A program made the translations under genes and the position numbers. From positions 19,964,001 through 20,028,000 of the forward strand of contig CM022673.1 of assembly GCA_012295275.1 (NCBI GenBank): DNA of 64,000 nt, written 5' to 3'. The DNA is from Chrysomallon squamiferum. Its lineage: Eukaryota > Animalia > Mollusca. The notes under the pieces are model-generated. The model did no database searches. It was not told where the DNA came from and saw nothing but the letters and a program-made list of their open reading frames with translations. Numbering within the stretch: the first letter of the stretch is position 1; the number at the start of each line of letters is the position of its first letter. Shown here in pieces: positions 28,732 to 42,300 of the stretch.

Positions 28732-30395
28732 TAAGACAGCTGACACTTTAAAATGTTTGATATTTGTAATTTGTGAATATGCAGGCCATGATGTGTGATG
28801 CTTAAAAATAGATTTACTAGTTCTAACCAGTACAACAGACATACATACACAGACACACAGGCACATATACACCCACGCACACATCACACGGGGACACATA
28901 TACATACATACACATGCTGATTGCTGTTACGTTACCACAAGAAAGCTTATTTAAAAAGAAATATCAAAATTTTCTGTAATAACAAACAGAGCTAACATAC
29001 TGATCTGAGTTGTAAAACAAAAACACTTAGTGAAGTAAAAATTGCGAAACGTGCTTTATTAAATGTAGACATTCACATTGTTACTTTTTTTTATCACTAT
29101 GAATATTTATAATATATTTGCATTAATTTAACAAATATATTAAGTATGAAAAAAGCTATTACTGTTATTATTATTTTTTATTTCTTACCACAGATATTCC
29201 TTTGTTGTGTTCGTTCGCATTTGTTTTCTTCTTTTTTTAACCTTATATTTGCATATTTAAAAAAATGTCTTAAATGATTTGCTTTTGTGAATAATGACAC
29301 GGGGATAATTTTCCTACTTCATAAAAAAACTAGTTGAGTAGTGTGATTCTCGGCTTGTTTCACGGTTTGCTGTGAGACTTTTCAGTATTGTGTATATAGA
29401 ATATTTTCCCTTCCTTTCCTCTTTTTGTCATTATTAATTTTTTTATTTGTTTTGAAGGGTGTTGTTATTTCATTTTGTTGTTGTTTTGTTTTGTTGTTTC
29501 ACCTTTTTTTATTCTTAAATTTTATATGCTTACACTTCTTTTCAACAAATATTTCAATGTAATTATTACATCTGTGTTGTCTATCGTGTTAGTCTGCTCT
29601 TCAAACACATTACTATCATTTGTTTTCTTTAGAGTTTTATCCAAAATTCGTTTTTTGCACTAATATTCAAACAAAAAATCAACAGTAAAACAGTTCTCCA
29701 TGATTGGTTCCTCTTCTAAAGATCTCGTTATATTTAAGTGTGTAATTCTTAATTTTATTTCTCTCTTACATTTGTTTCCTCCCCGACCCAGTTGTAAGAA
29801 GGAGATATATTATTATATAATAAATACTGATTACTGTACAGTAACGTAAATACAGTAAAATATTCCTATTTCCTTTTATTTAAGTTTTAACCGTTTACTT
29901 TATATTTTCAATTTTCACGTTTTAAACATTTCATAAATTTAACATTTTGAAGACAAAAATCATTAGACTTAATTTGTTATATGTGATTTTTTGATTTTGA
30001 AAGGGTATATCATAACTGTTATTTAGTTATAACTTCTATCTGCCAGTTAATATGACTTGTACGAAACATATTTGTTTTAATAAATATGTTGAATTGGGTT
30101 TTGTTGTTTTATTATGTTTAAAATTTTATAGCAATTTTATTAAAAAAAAAAAAAAATTAAAAGTTTTTTATTTTTAAGAACTCATCATCGCAAATATTTA
30201 ATATTTCTATAAGCATCAAAGTTTTTTAAATGCGTTGTCCACAGTATCATGATTTTTGATGAACCAACAGCAGAGGACTGAGTATAATAAAAATGTTAAT
30301 GATAAATAATCAATTAACGGATTAATCTTAGGATAATAATACTTTATCAGAAGACAACCTCAAGCTTCTACTAAGCTTTATAAAAATAAAATAAA

Positions 30396-30432
<37 letters not shown>

Positions 30433-32173
30433 CAGCATAATCATAATCATACTAATAAATAAATTAAAAAGTAAATAAATCAATAAATAAATCATTAATT
30501 TATGCACTTTAATAACTTTTTTCTTCTAATGTCTTTGGTGACAGGGACAGCAAATTAAAGGGGTGAACAGAGAGGGTGGATGTAACGGATGAAATGAAAA
30601 CCGATAGGAAGGGTAGTTAAGAAATAAGGAACATATTTCCTTAGTTGATATTTATTTATTTATTTATTTACTTGGTGTTATTTTTTGTTTTTTACTTTAA
30701 TGTTGCCTTTTGCCACAAAAAGTAATGTCCAAATAATACCAATTTAACCTCTGTGTCATGAATTTATACTTTTCTTACATACACAGAAGAGAACAAAATA
30801 TTTTATTTAATTACAACAGTTTTCGCATTATCTATGTAAACTGTCCAGAGTTAATGGTGTTTAGACATTTATTTTTATTTTTATTTTTATTTTTATTTGA
30901 CAAAGAAATGTCGACAACAGAACCAAATATTAAAATAAAAGAATGAAAGAAGAAAAGAAAACAACGGAATAATTTTTAAATTATTTGCTTTTTACCAGGT
31001 ATTTCTTGCTGTAATTGTTTTACAGTGTTGTTCCCTATATATTTTTACTTCAGAGCCTAATTCTTTAGGGAGACAGATTAAATATTCTTTGTCATTTCAA
31101 AAGCTCCCAACTTATTTTATAAAAATAAATAAATTGCTGATTTATTAAACCTTACAGTTTTGTTTAATATCATATACAGACAACACATCTAGATTCTTTA
31201 TAACAAAAGTTTACCTTTATTCAGTTACATGCTACTGAAGACCTGACTAGCTAACACGTACATCAAGTGATAGATAATGTAAGTTGTGTATACAAGAGGC
31301 AATAAAAGGTGTCCATATAATGAAGTTATCAGTTTACAAGTAGTCAGAGTGTATCACAGTAATATAATAATAAAAAAAAAAGATTTGTAAATTAGTCTGA
31401 ACAGCTATTTAGTTAATTTCCGTACGCTTCAGTAACTGCTTGTGTTCAGTCGATGGTTCAGACCCAGTTAATAAAGAAAACATTATTAATATTATATTAG
31501 TGAACGATGTCTGCTAAACGTTGTTTCTTCTTGTGTTTAACAAATAATGACAAGGATTACGTTACTACAGTACTAATATATTAAGCAAGCTACCTATTGT
31601 TAGTATATAAAATAAAAAGCCTTCTTTAAATCGATAATTGATCATGTATATTTTTTAAATATTCTTTTAAAGATCAGATATTAAAAATTTGTGTTTACTC
31701 TAAAACAGCTCGAGTTCCCACTACCTTCGTGCAAAGTATAAATGTACATTCACCAATGTCGTCTCACTGTTAAAAAAATAACCTGGCGTTATAATTGATA
31801 TTCTGTATAATATTACTTCATTAAATCCGTTTACAATCTTTTTTTATTATTATTATTTGTATAAATCTTAATTACTTTTTAGGAGGAAGGTTCGAAGTCC
31901 CAAATTCAGAAATCTGTACTTTTAATTAATTAGAAAATTATTTTATTTAAATCAGTTTTAATTCGGTGCTCGAATTTCAAAACACCGAATTGATTCCGTG
32001 ACAAGAAGTCTACTGCTGATAATATCATATAACAGGATGTAATACATTTTTTATGGGTGACTGGAAACAATTTATTGTCGTCAATAAACAACGTCAATGA
32101 CATGCTAAAGCACGAAACAAAGACGAAAGGTGATTAAATTTTTAATAAACGTCTCGAATTCGCGGCTGTTCGC

Positions 32174-32231
32174 TCAGTTCAGTTCTTACACAACTCAAGA
32201 GCAGTAGCCAAACAGCGTGAACTTCAAACAT
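32174..32231 (+). promoter_or_regulatory. Putative TSS and non-coding first exon of tetraspanin B
   Basis: Tandem TCAGTT initiator-like motifs (32174, 32179) in a CpG-containing patch and a strong donor GTAAGT at 32232. The ATG exon is preceded by acceptor ccagcag (37201-37207). Confidence 0.5.
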
Positions 32232-32544
32232 GTAAGTTTATTTCTTTATTTATTTATTTCTTTCTTTGTTTTTATTTATGTTTATTTATTTATTGCTGCT
32301 GTTGTTGTTGTTATGGATATCGTTTCTTGTTTAATCAGATGTTTTCTACTGCATTTACTTAACTTTCATTAAAATACTGTTTTTGGTGTAATTAGATTTA
32401 AAAATATATATATATATTCTAGTGTACTTACTTATCACTTATTAAAACAAATTCGACAAATTACTTATCTTTTATTAAAATATCTTCAAATACATTTGTT
32501 GTTAGTTCAATTTCTGTTATTTTTACTTCACTATCAGTGCAATA

Positions 32545-32906
32545 CAGTAAGTTGTGATTTAGTGGTCAAATATATTAACAGAACAGTAAGTTGTGTTGTC
32601 GACAGTAGTTAAATGTACAGATAGTACAGTAAGTTGAGTTCTCGACAGTAGTCAAGTATACTGACGACATAGTAAGTTGTGCTTAGAGAGTGTTCAAATG
32701 TTCTCAGGATATAGTGAGTTGTGCAGTAAACAGTGGTCAAATGTACTGAGAGTGTAGTACGTTGTGAAGTAGAGAGTCAAATGCACTTACAGTGTAACAT
32801 GTTGTGACGTAGTGGTCAAGTGCACTAAAAGCACAGTAACTTGCAAAGTATTCAGTGATCAAGATTAGTCACAATACGGTCAACTATATGATAAGCAGTG
32901 GTCAAA
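32545..32906. repeat. Degenerate ~43-bp minisatellite, about 8-9 copies
   Basis: Recurring CAGTAAGTTGTG...ACAGTRGTCAAATGTAC units, e.g. CAGTAAGTTGTGTTGTCGACAGTAGTTAAATGTACAGATAGTA at 32584. Confidence 0.85.
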
Positions 32907-33158
32907 CAAATATTCACACATGTTGCTTGTATGCAACGTTCCGTCTTGTATTCCAAACAGTTAAACTGGTTTAGTCCAATCTAAAATTAGACTAGTACTC
33001 TATCACTGAACTTGTACAACAAAATAATTAAGTATACAAATAGAATCATTTTTGTTTCTATATATTAATTTAATTTCTCTTTATTCAATTTCTGTCACTC
33101 TACTAGACGAAAATTTCTCTCAAAAACAGTTTAAGGTGTATGTAAAATTATTTTAAAA

Positions 33159-33193
<35 letters not shown>

Positions 33194-33535
33194 CTTTGTT
33201 GTTGTTGCTGTTGCTGTTGTTTTGTTGTTGTACTATTAATTTTTTTTTACAGTTTTTAACAAACTGCTTAAATTCTCTGTCAAACTTTTGACGCAGGTGA
33301 CTAAGTAACGACTGACACGATTTATTGTTTATATCAATTTACCAGACCTCCTCAAACTCTGTCATGAACACGTTTCAGGTCTCTGCACGTTTGGCTTACT
33401 CCCAACTGGTAGAATTCCCATTTCGTCGAAAGGCTAAATGTGGTTCAGTGGTCTTATTGACATGCATGTCTTTACCTCAGTCATTATAATGAATTGTTCC
33501 AGATTATTTGGAAAGCGATTATTATTGTATAAATA

Positions 33536-34213
33536 CAGTAATATCTCGCTTAACGATATCCTGCTTTAACGATCTTTTTTCTTTACAAATTATATATATA
33601 TAGAAATTTAATAGTTATTGCTCCAAATAAATGATACAAATGGATACAATGCATTCTTTTAAGTCCGTTTTCGTTCGTTTTTCGTTCATTCACGAGCTTC
33701 TCCCAGCTCTGTTGATCAGTTGACACGTCATACGTGCATCTGATATTCTGATTCTCTTTTGTCTTCTGCTTCGATTTAGACTTAAACTCATTTGTAATTT
33801 ACCCTTCAAATATCTCAAAACGAATAACAGTATAACGGCAAATGCTGATGATAAAAAGAAACGGAAGACAATAACTTTAAAAGCAAAATACATTATCTTA
33901 AATGAAACCAAAACCCACAAAAATTAACCCACAATGAGCGGCATATAATTATTTCTTAATGTATTTGTATAAATTGATTTGTAAATGATTTACTGTTTAC
34001 TTGATATCTATAATCTATTAAATCATTTATGTCTAAACTGCTGTTTTATTTCTCCTTATTTCACCTTTTTATTATTTTTTTTTTGTCAGATTTCATCAGC
34101 GAGAAAGTAACCACTGCTTTTAACCTTAATTCTATGTAAATTAGTCTCCCGCTTACCTCACTTAACTATCGGAAATTTGGAACCAATTACATCTTTAATC
34201 TGAGGTATTATTG
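33536..34213. mobile_element. Tc1/mariner-superfamily (Tigger-like) non-autonomous element
   Basis: TA-flanked imperfect TIRs: CAGTAATATCTCGCTTAACGAT at 33536 and ATCTTTAATCTGAGGTATTATTG ending at 34213. Confidence 0.6.
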
Positions 34214-34716
34214 TAGTATGGATATCGTTTATCGCATAACGTATGCAATTATAACAAATATCGAAATAATCTATGTATCGAATGTAGTGAATGTAAATGA
34301 TTAAAAAAGAAGGTATTCATCTAAAAGTATTCCCAATGAACTGGTCCTTCGTATAAACTTTTTCAGTTATAGCCAAAGTATTTGCAGGTCATAATATCTT
34401 TAGTGTACATATACTATGTCACATATATTGTATAATATGTGCACAATGTGAATATGTATGTGTGCATAACGTAAATATGCTCAGAAACATAGATCTTGAA
34501 CATTTTTAAGCTGAATATGTTTTAATTCGAACAGTTAATGAAAAATGTAACATTAACGTATTCTATTTACTGAATATAAGTGAATTACTCGTATGTAAAT
34601 ATGTTTTTTTTTCAATTATATTGCTGAATAAAATTAGTCATTTATAATATTTTTGTCGTTTTCTTTTACAGAAGCAAGCCATGAGAATTAACAAAAAACA
34701 CATCGTGCCGCTCTTT

Positions 34717-34750
<34 letters not shown>

Positions 34751-35454
34751 TAGATAGATGAAATTGATGTAAAATTGTTTATTATTGGTCGCTTGTTTTG
34801 TAACGGAAAGGAAATGTTTATGAATTAGAAATGACCAGTTTAAATAATAATAATAATAACAAGAAGAAGAAGAAGAAAAAGAAGAACAATACGATATAAT
34901 AAGAATAATAGTAATAATATTATAATAATAATAATTTTGATGATGATGATTATGATGATGATAATGAGAAGGAAGAAGACGATTGTGATAATTAGGAAAA
35001 AGTAAAAAATCTACAACAAATGAGTAGTGAACTCTTATTCTGCTTTCGGTTGATGTTACATAATCGATTTAGGAACAATGTGCTCCGCCTCTGAATGTTA
35101 GAAAGAAACCAAATGTATGTATAGGACAAGTTTATTATATACAGAGGTAATCAGGTATTGGGGTAGACGAGTTTTTTCGACGAAATGGGAATTATGCCAA
35201 CTGGGAATTCTACACCGCACGTTTTATTAAACGTAAAAATGAGTCACTCACACTGTTCCCTTTCATTGTTTTTAGATCACGTTTTCACAATGTGTATATA
35301 GTATATGCCAAATAAAATTAGCATTCCTAAAATAGCTTAAATGTCATTTTGAAAAGATTTTTGTTTATATACTATATAGTTTATTTTGCGAAATTCTGAA
35401 ACAAAATATTGTATTTCACCCAAAGTCACTATGCAGCAACAAATACAGCTGTTA

Positions 35455-35521
<67 letters not shown>

Positions 35522-35588
35522 AGCAATATATTCCTTGCAGTATTCTGACATCAGTATATCTCTGTCATGTAAACACACAGGCAACATT

Positions 35589-35695
<107 letters not shown>

Positions 35696-37222
35696 CTGTT
35701 GAAATATCTTAATTAAGTTATCATTTTCTGAAAACTCAAAGCTGTCACATAAATGCCATTAAAGAGATAAGGTTAAAATGTTACAACAAGGTCATGTCAA
35801 ATAATTATTGATTAGATCTATAAACTAGTTAGAAACATTGTTCTGATTAAGATGTAAACAATAGTGGTGATAGTAGTCCAGAACCAGACTTTAACAGATT
35901 TAGAAAGTAATATATATTAACAATATTAGTAATATATATTAAGTATTAGATAAGGAAATGTTTACAGCTGTTAAAAAATCGAACGAACAATAAATCTATG
36001 AAAATAATGAAGGAAGCAAATTATTCGTTGTATGATACCTGTATATTCTGATTTCCTAATTCAGGATTTGAAAATGAAATCTTCCTTGTCACAGTACATT
36101 TTAATTACCAATATTTTCAAAACTGAATGAATTATATTGCTCATTAAAGCATCATATAATAATAAAACGTAAGATAATACATTATTTACATAGCATGATA
36201 TTATCATCTAACTTAATTAGGCTGATCAGAACGTAAAACATATTAGAACAGATATTAAAAAAATATTAAAAAATAATTTAAAAAATGAAATTGATAAACA
36301 ATTTCATATTTAAACAGTGATTATAAAAACCAAAATAAACACAAATTTCATTTAAAAGATTATTTAATGCTTGAAGCACACAAAGGTATTTTATATTGGA
36401 AAATCAGCATTGAAAGTTATGTATGTCATTATATTAGTAGGGAAGTGTCATACTATTTCTATCCAGTGCCAGCTAAAATTATTCGATTGTATATTGTATC
36501 TGTTTTTCTATAAGGAATGAAAATTGGGGTTTAAGAAAATGAATACTTCTATTTTAAAATTAGAAGTATTTGTTTACGTTAAAAACATATATTAAGAAGA
36601 AGCTTATAAATAAGTACTTATAATCTTGTATACTTATATTGATAGCTCATCGAACAATTGAAAAGTAACTTATTCGAGATATATCTAACACTTATAGAGA
36701 GAAAATATTGGTGCCCATCGTTACGTTTTAGACTTGGAAACTATAATCATTCTGTTGAAATGGGTAGATAGAAAAAGCAAACACTTCAATAATAACTATG
36801 TCATTGGATGTAATTTTTTAAGAATGAAGTAAATCTTTATTTGTCATTATTCTATTTATATAATTTTTGTAAATAATTAACTCAAAAGAGGCTGGTGTCG
36901 ATAGAAAACTTATGAATTATTGTAAATCCTATTGTATTTGAGTATGTATTTTTGACACAGACTTGTGGAATCAGATTAGATTCGCATCTGCTTGTATGCT
37001 TCTTCAATTTTTATTATATCATTCTATCCATCAAACCATTTATCCTACAATCATCCATCCGTCTATTCATCCAATCTCTCTCTGTCTGTCTCTGTCTTTC
37101 TCTCTCTCCCTCTATATATCTGTCTCTCTGTCTGTCTGTCTGTCTGATTGAGGTTTGTTTGTTTGTCTGTCTGTATCTGTCTAACTATTAACGTTATATT
37201 CCAGCAGATTTGTTAAATCAAG

Positions 37223-38012
37223 ATGGATTGTGTGTCTCAGATAGGTCGTATTCTTCTTGTTATTCTCAACTTCGTAATCTTTGTAAGTTTTTAACATTTT
37301 ATTAATCTCCTTAAATTAGTTTTGTCATTCGCATTTATTAAATATTAATATTAAATATTGGCAGAAAAACTTCCATTTCCATTAACATTTATCTGTCTAT
37401 CTATCTATCTATATCTATTTCTATTTCAGATACGTTTACATTAACTCACAGATTATTTTCTGATATTAATTTCTGTGTATTAATTTTAAGTAACTGTTGA
37501 TAAATAAATAAAAAAAATGGGCGAAATAACAAACCATAAATGAACTACACAGATGGTACTATAGAAATTATTCCTTTTTACAAAAAATTCTTATTTATTT
37601 ATGTGTTTGTTTGTTTGTTTTATTTTATTTTATTTGGGGCTTTTTATTTAGCTAATTGGGGCGGTGTTTCTCACAGCTGGGATACTGGTAAAATCTGATT
37701 CTGCGGTGACAAAAGTCTTCTCCAGCAAGCTCAAGAAACACTTATGCAAACCATTAAGGATGCTGGCTTTGGTGATGTTGATGCAAGCAATATTGACATC
37801 GCTACTATGGTAGGCAGCGCAGTGCTCGTTTTCATAATTCTTGGAATTGTTTTAGCCGTAGTAGCCATCTGCGGGGTGTGTGGAGCTTGTTGTAAAACAA
37901 AATGTCTTCTATATATAGTAAGTATTTTATTTTATTTTTACTTATTAACTAATTATTTAATATTTAGTATTTTACTTAATGTTTTCTCTGTTATGCTTCT
38001 CTGTGCTGTTTA

Positions 38013-38105
<93 letters not shown>

Positions 38106-38506
38106 GAGAGTAATATTAATTATAGTTGCTTTTTTTTAAATGTTTGGTGTTTATTTTTTCAGTATTTATTGTCTATTTTCATCGTATTTTCCGCTCAAGT
38201 GGCAGGTATAGTGATTCTGTTTACTGCAAGAAATCTGGTAATTACATACATCCCTCAGTTTATAGATATTCTTTATTCAATTTCTCCTTTCTGTTTCTTT
38301 TTCTGTTTGGATAGATTCAACTATCTTTTTTAATATTATTGATGATGTTTAAATATTTATTGTTGCTAACTGACCTTATTACAATGGAAACGTCTTTTTG
38401 ACTTCAATTACTTACTTGTTTTCTTTGTTCCTCTACCTCCGTTTTTCATGTTTTAATTTCTTTTATTTTATTTTTTTTACCAAAAATGTATTTTATTATT
38501 CTCACA

Positions 38507-38537
<31 letters not shown>

Positions 38538-39024
38538 ACAACAACAGCAACAACAGTATTTTCGAATTATACTAAATATCTATCGAAATATATTATTATT
38601 ATTATGGTGGTGGTGGTGTTGTTATTATTTTTTGTTGTTGTTCTTTGTCATCGTTGATGCTGCTACTGCAGTTGTTTAATTTCATGATAGCTGTATTAAT
38701 GTAAAGAACACTCTATAAAGACTGTTTATTTCTAGATTGATGACAATATCAAACCCACCCTGAAGCAGATGATTGAAGATGAATTCATAGCATTCAACTC
38801 GTCTGATGTGACATCTCTTATCTGGAATCTCATAATGAGAGAGGCAAGTTTTTTTTAAATCCAGGAAGGACTTGTTTCATGAGATACTTATAATTTTAGC
38901 AATTGGTTTTGATAAATATATTTCATTGATTTTCAATTAAAATATATACTCTAATTAAACAAAGAGATGCACATGGCTCGTTCTCACGTATTTACAAATA
39001 CAATACACACACACATGCATTTAT

Positions 39025-39079
<55 letters not shown>

Positions 39080-39919
39080 AATTATTTTAATGATATTTTC
39101 AGCGACGTTGCTGTGGAGTGGATAGTTATGCTGACTTCAACAATGCTACTAAATGGATCAGATACTATAGCTTTGGTAATCTTACAACGCCACTTGCCTG
39201 CTGTAAACCGGAAAACCTAAAGTATCCTTTCGAATGTGCTACCAATCCAGAACCAACTGACGTTGATAATAACCACAACGTTGTAAGAATAAATAAATAA
39301 ATAAATAAATAAAAAACAGTGTCACTGAACTGTAAATGACATAATAGTGTTCGGTTTCTAAATCTGAGCGTACTGTAATTGTTTGTTTTCACTGACATTG
39401 TTAACACTAAAAACAATATAAATGTGTGTTCCAAACTCGTGAAATTGCTTATACTATAAATTTATATCGCATTAACAAACAAGTAAAAAAATATAGTTTA
39501 TTATCTGCTGTCAAAAAACAAGTAAAGCATTTTTACACATTCTACACAAATAAAATGGCAGATTTTCCCTTAGTGTTTTGAAAAAGAAATGTGACGTCAC
39601 GTTACCACAACCAACAGTACATAACAAAATAATATGATTTGCAAATGTTGGTAATTTGCTTTATTTTAATGAAGATTAACCTGTACAAAACTGTCTCCAG
39701 GTTAGAACATCCCACTGCGAAATGTTTTCACGTCATACCGTATGAATATATTTTGTATAATTACGTTTGGATAATATAAATAATAATTATTATTAGCTTC
39801 TATTGTAAATATTACAATTCATGCAGTTGTATCACCTACTAATTTACTTAATACTAAATCCACTACTGAAGTTTCTATTACTGCCACTGCTTTTGCGATT
39901 GATACTATTATTATTATTA

Positions 39920-39951
<32 letters not shown>

Positions 39952-40083
39952 GCAGAGTTGCTATGAGTCTCTCGTGGATTTACTCCTTAAATCGCCGTTG
40001 ACTATTGGAATTATTTGTTGCGTTCTCGCAATACAGGTGATAACTCTCTTTCTCTCTCTCTGTTTGTTTATATATATATATAT

Positions 40084-40135
<52 letters not shown>

Positions 40136-40351
40136 GTAGGTAGATAGATAGATATTAGTTTTCGATGGCTGGAACTCTTTCTTTTAAGTTATAAATTTTA
40201 GACAAATACGACTCGAATACGTCTAGTTGGTTTCTAACTCCATAAACAGTTAAAACATGTTTTTATTTATTAATGACAGTTCCTGCTGATTGTGTTCACC
40301 ATGTGGATTATCCATCAGGTTAATGAAGATAATAAGATCCGCCCAATTTAA
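37223..40351 (+). CDS. Tetraspanin B, tandem paralog of A, ~280 aa once a single -1 frameshift in exon 2 is corrected (assembly error or recent null allele)
   Basis: Exons 37223-37282, 37652-37917 (266 nt vs 267 in A), 38163-38237, 38736-38843 (GC donor), 39103-39282, 39956-40036, 40280-40351 (TAA). Motifs MDCVSQIGRILLVILNF, CGVCGACC, RRCCGVDSYADF, PLACC, SCYESL. Intron positions match A. Confidence 0.88.
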
Positions 40352-42246
40352 AAATCAGTCAGTGAGTATAAAATGTTCTCATTATTTATTTATACCTACA
40401 TACGTATCTCCATGCCTCCTTACCTTCAAACGTTGTATACTCATAAACATATATATGTATCTTAATAAGTTTATTAGATGAAAGATTAGTTAGTTAAATA
40501 ATCAAAAAATATATAAAATTAGCTATATAAACAAACAAGTATAGTTTTGTTTTTAAGATTTAAAGTTACCGCACATCCTTGAATATTTGCACGTATTTCT
40601 TGTTTCAGGTTTTAAGAAGAATCTTGACAAGGTTAATTTCGACCAGTTATTTAAAACAGTGATTGTGAGAGTGTTTCTAACAGTCGAGACTTTCTACTAC
40701 TAACGCCCGTATTACTTTAGTACCAGTGTATGTTTTATAATGCTGAGAAATATACTGTGATCTGTGATATAACATAGAAACTAAATAGATTTTAAATGAC
40801 ATAAAACATAAAACTTAAATTCTCACAACACACAATCCGTAAACACGCATACAAACACAGAGACACATATAAAAATTTGTTAGTAAATACAGAGGTAAAT
40901 TTTAAAATTAAAAAAAAATATCAGTCTAATTTTTAGTATTCATAATTATATTTTTTTATTAACTGTTATAATTACTAAAATAAATGTACCTGAATGATTT
41001 AGTGACCATATTTGTGCTATTTATTTATATAACCAGATGATTTACCTTTCACCTGGCACATACGCCCGATCCATTTGACAAGTGTGTTGCTATAAAGTTA
41101 CATTGTTCCTGATAGTTGACAAATAATAAAGCGGAGGCTATACAGTATTACACCACTGAATGTTTTTAAACTCTAATGAGCAGAACAATATTTAAACCAA
41201 GTGAATCTAAAGAAGGTAAATAGTTTGAATGGAATTGTACAAGGAATATCAAAATCAAGGTGAATGCAACAATTTAAATGATAAAAGTTATCTCATATTT
41301 TTTCTTTACTTCCATGTTTGTTTGTTGTTGTTGTAATTTTTTGTGGTTGTACCTTTTTGGGGGGGGGGAACTTACGACTATTTATAATTTTTTTTAATTT
41401 TATTATTATTATTATAATTATTATTTCAGGGAGAGTATTTTCAGATTGTGAATTATTAAAAAAAAAAAATGTTTAGTATAGTTTTAGACTTTAAATGAAT
41501 AAAGTTTTTGATAATTACATTTTTTTATTTTTTTTTTTATTTTCTTTTTTTTTTGGTCGCACAATAAAATACTGAAAAAATATTTATTATCAGTAGACAA
41601 CTCACAAACCAACAGTAAGAGCGAGTTTTAGTGGATTTTATTAGCAAATAGACGAATTTCTTCTCTCGTCTTCATTTTATTTTTTTATTTATTTATCACT
41701 ACTAATATTATTATTGAAATCCTTTATTTTAACTCTTAAAAAAAAATTATTTCGTCTTTTTTTTCACTTTATATTCACCATTATTTTTTTTATTATTTAT
41801 TTTTCAACAGAACATTTTATTGCAACAGTTAAATAGTTCAGTGCTTTTGAATAATATATAATACCATTAAATTAAAAAGTAAAAGTTACATGACTTCAGC
41901 ACGAACCAAGATAGGTTACTTTAATAATTATTACATTTTACCTGAAGTTAATAACATCAAAAACGAAAATAAAAAAAAGTGTTTGTTAACATAAGGAAAT
42001 GAAACTGAATTACCGTTTGATATTAATATCACATTCATATAATTTGATCCAAACATAACAAAAATGTACATGTGAATGTATAAATTAATAAATAAATTAA
42101 TACATATCGATCAGTGGAGGAAATTACAGTTCTCTTAAGTTTTTCACATTTGTTTAATTGCTGGACCAGATCAGTCCACTTGGTCAAAGTTAATATCAGA
42201 TGAAGGAACGAATGAATAAATGAATATTTCTTGAAAGCTAACGTTA

Positions 42247-42300
<54 letters not shown>

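Noticed and set aside
32545-32906. Repeat array considered as CRISPR-like
   Set aside because: The units are degenerate tandem copies without unique spacers, there are no cas genes, and the context is eukaryotic.
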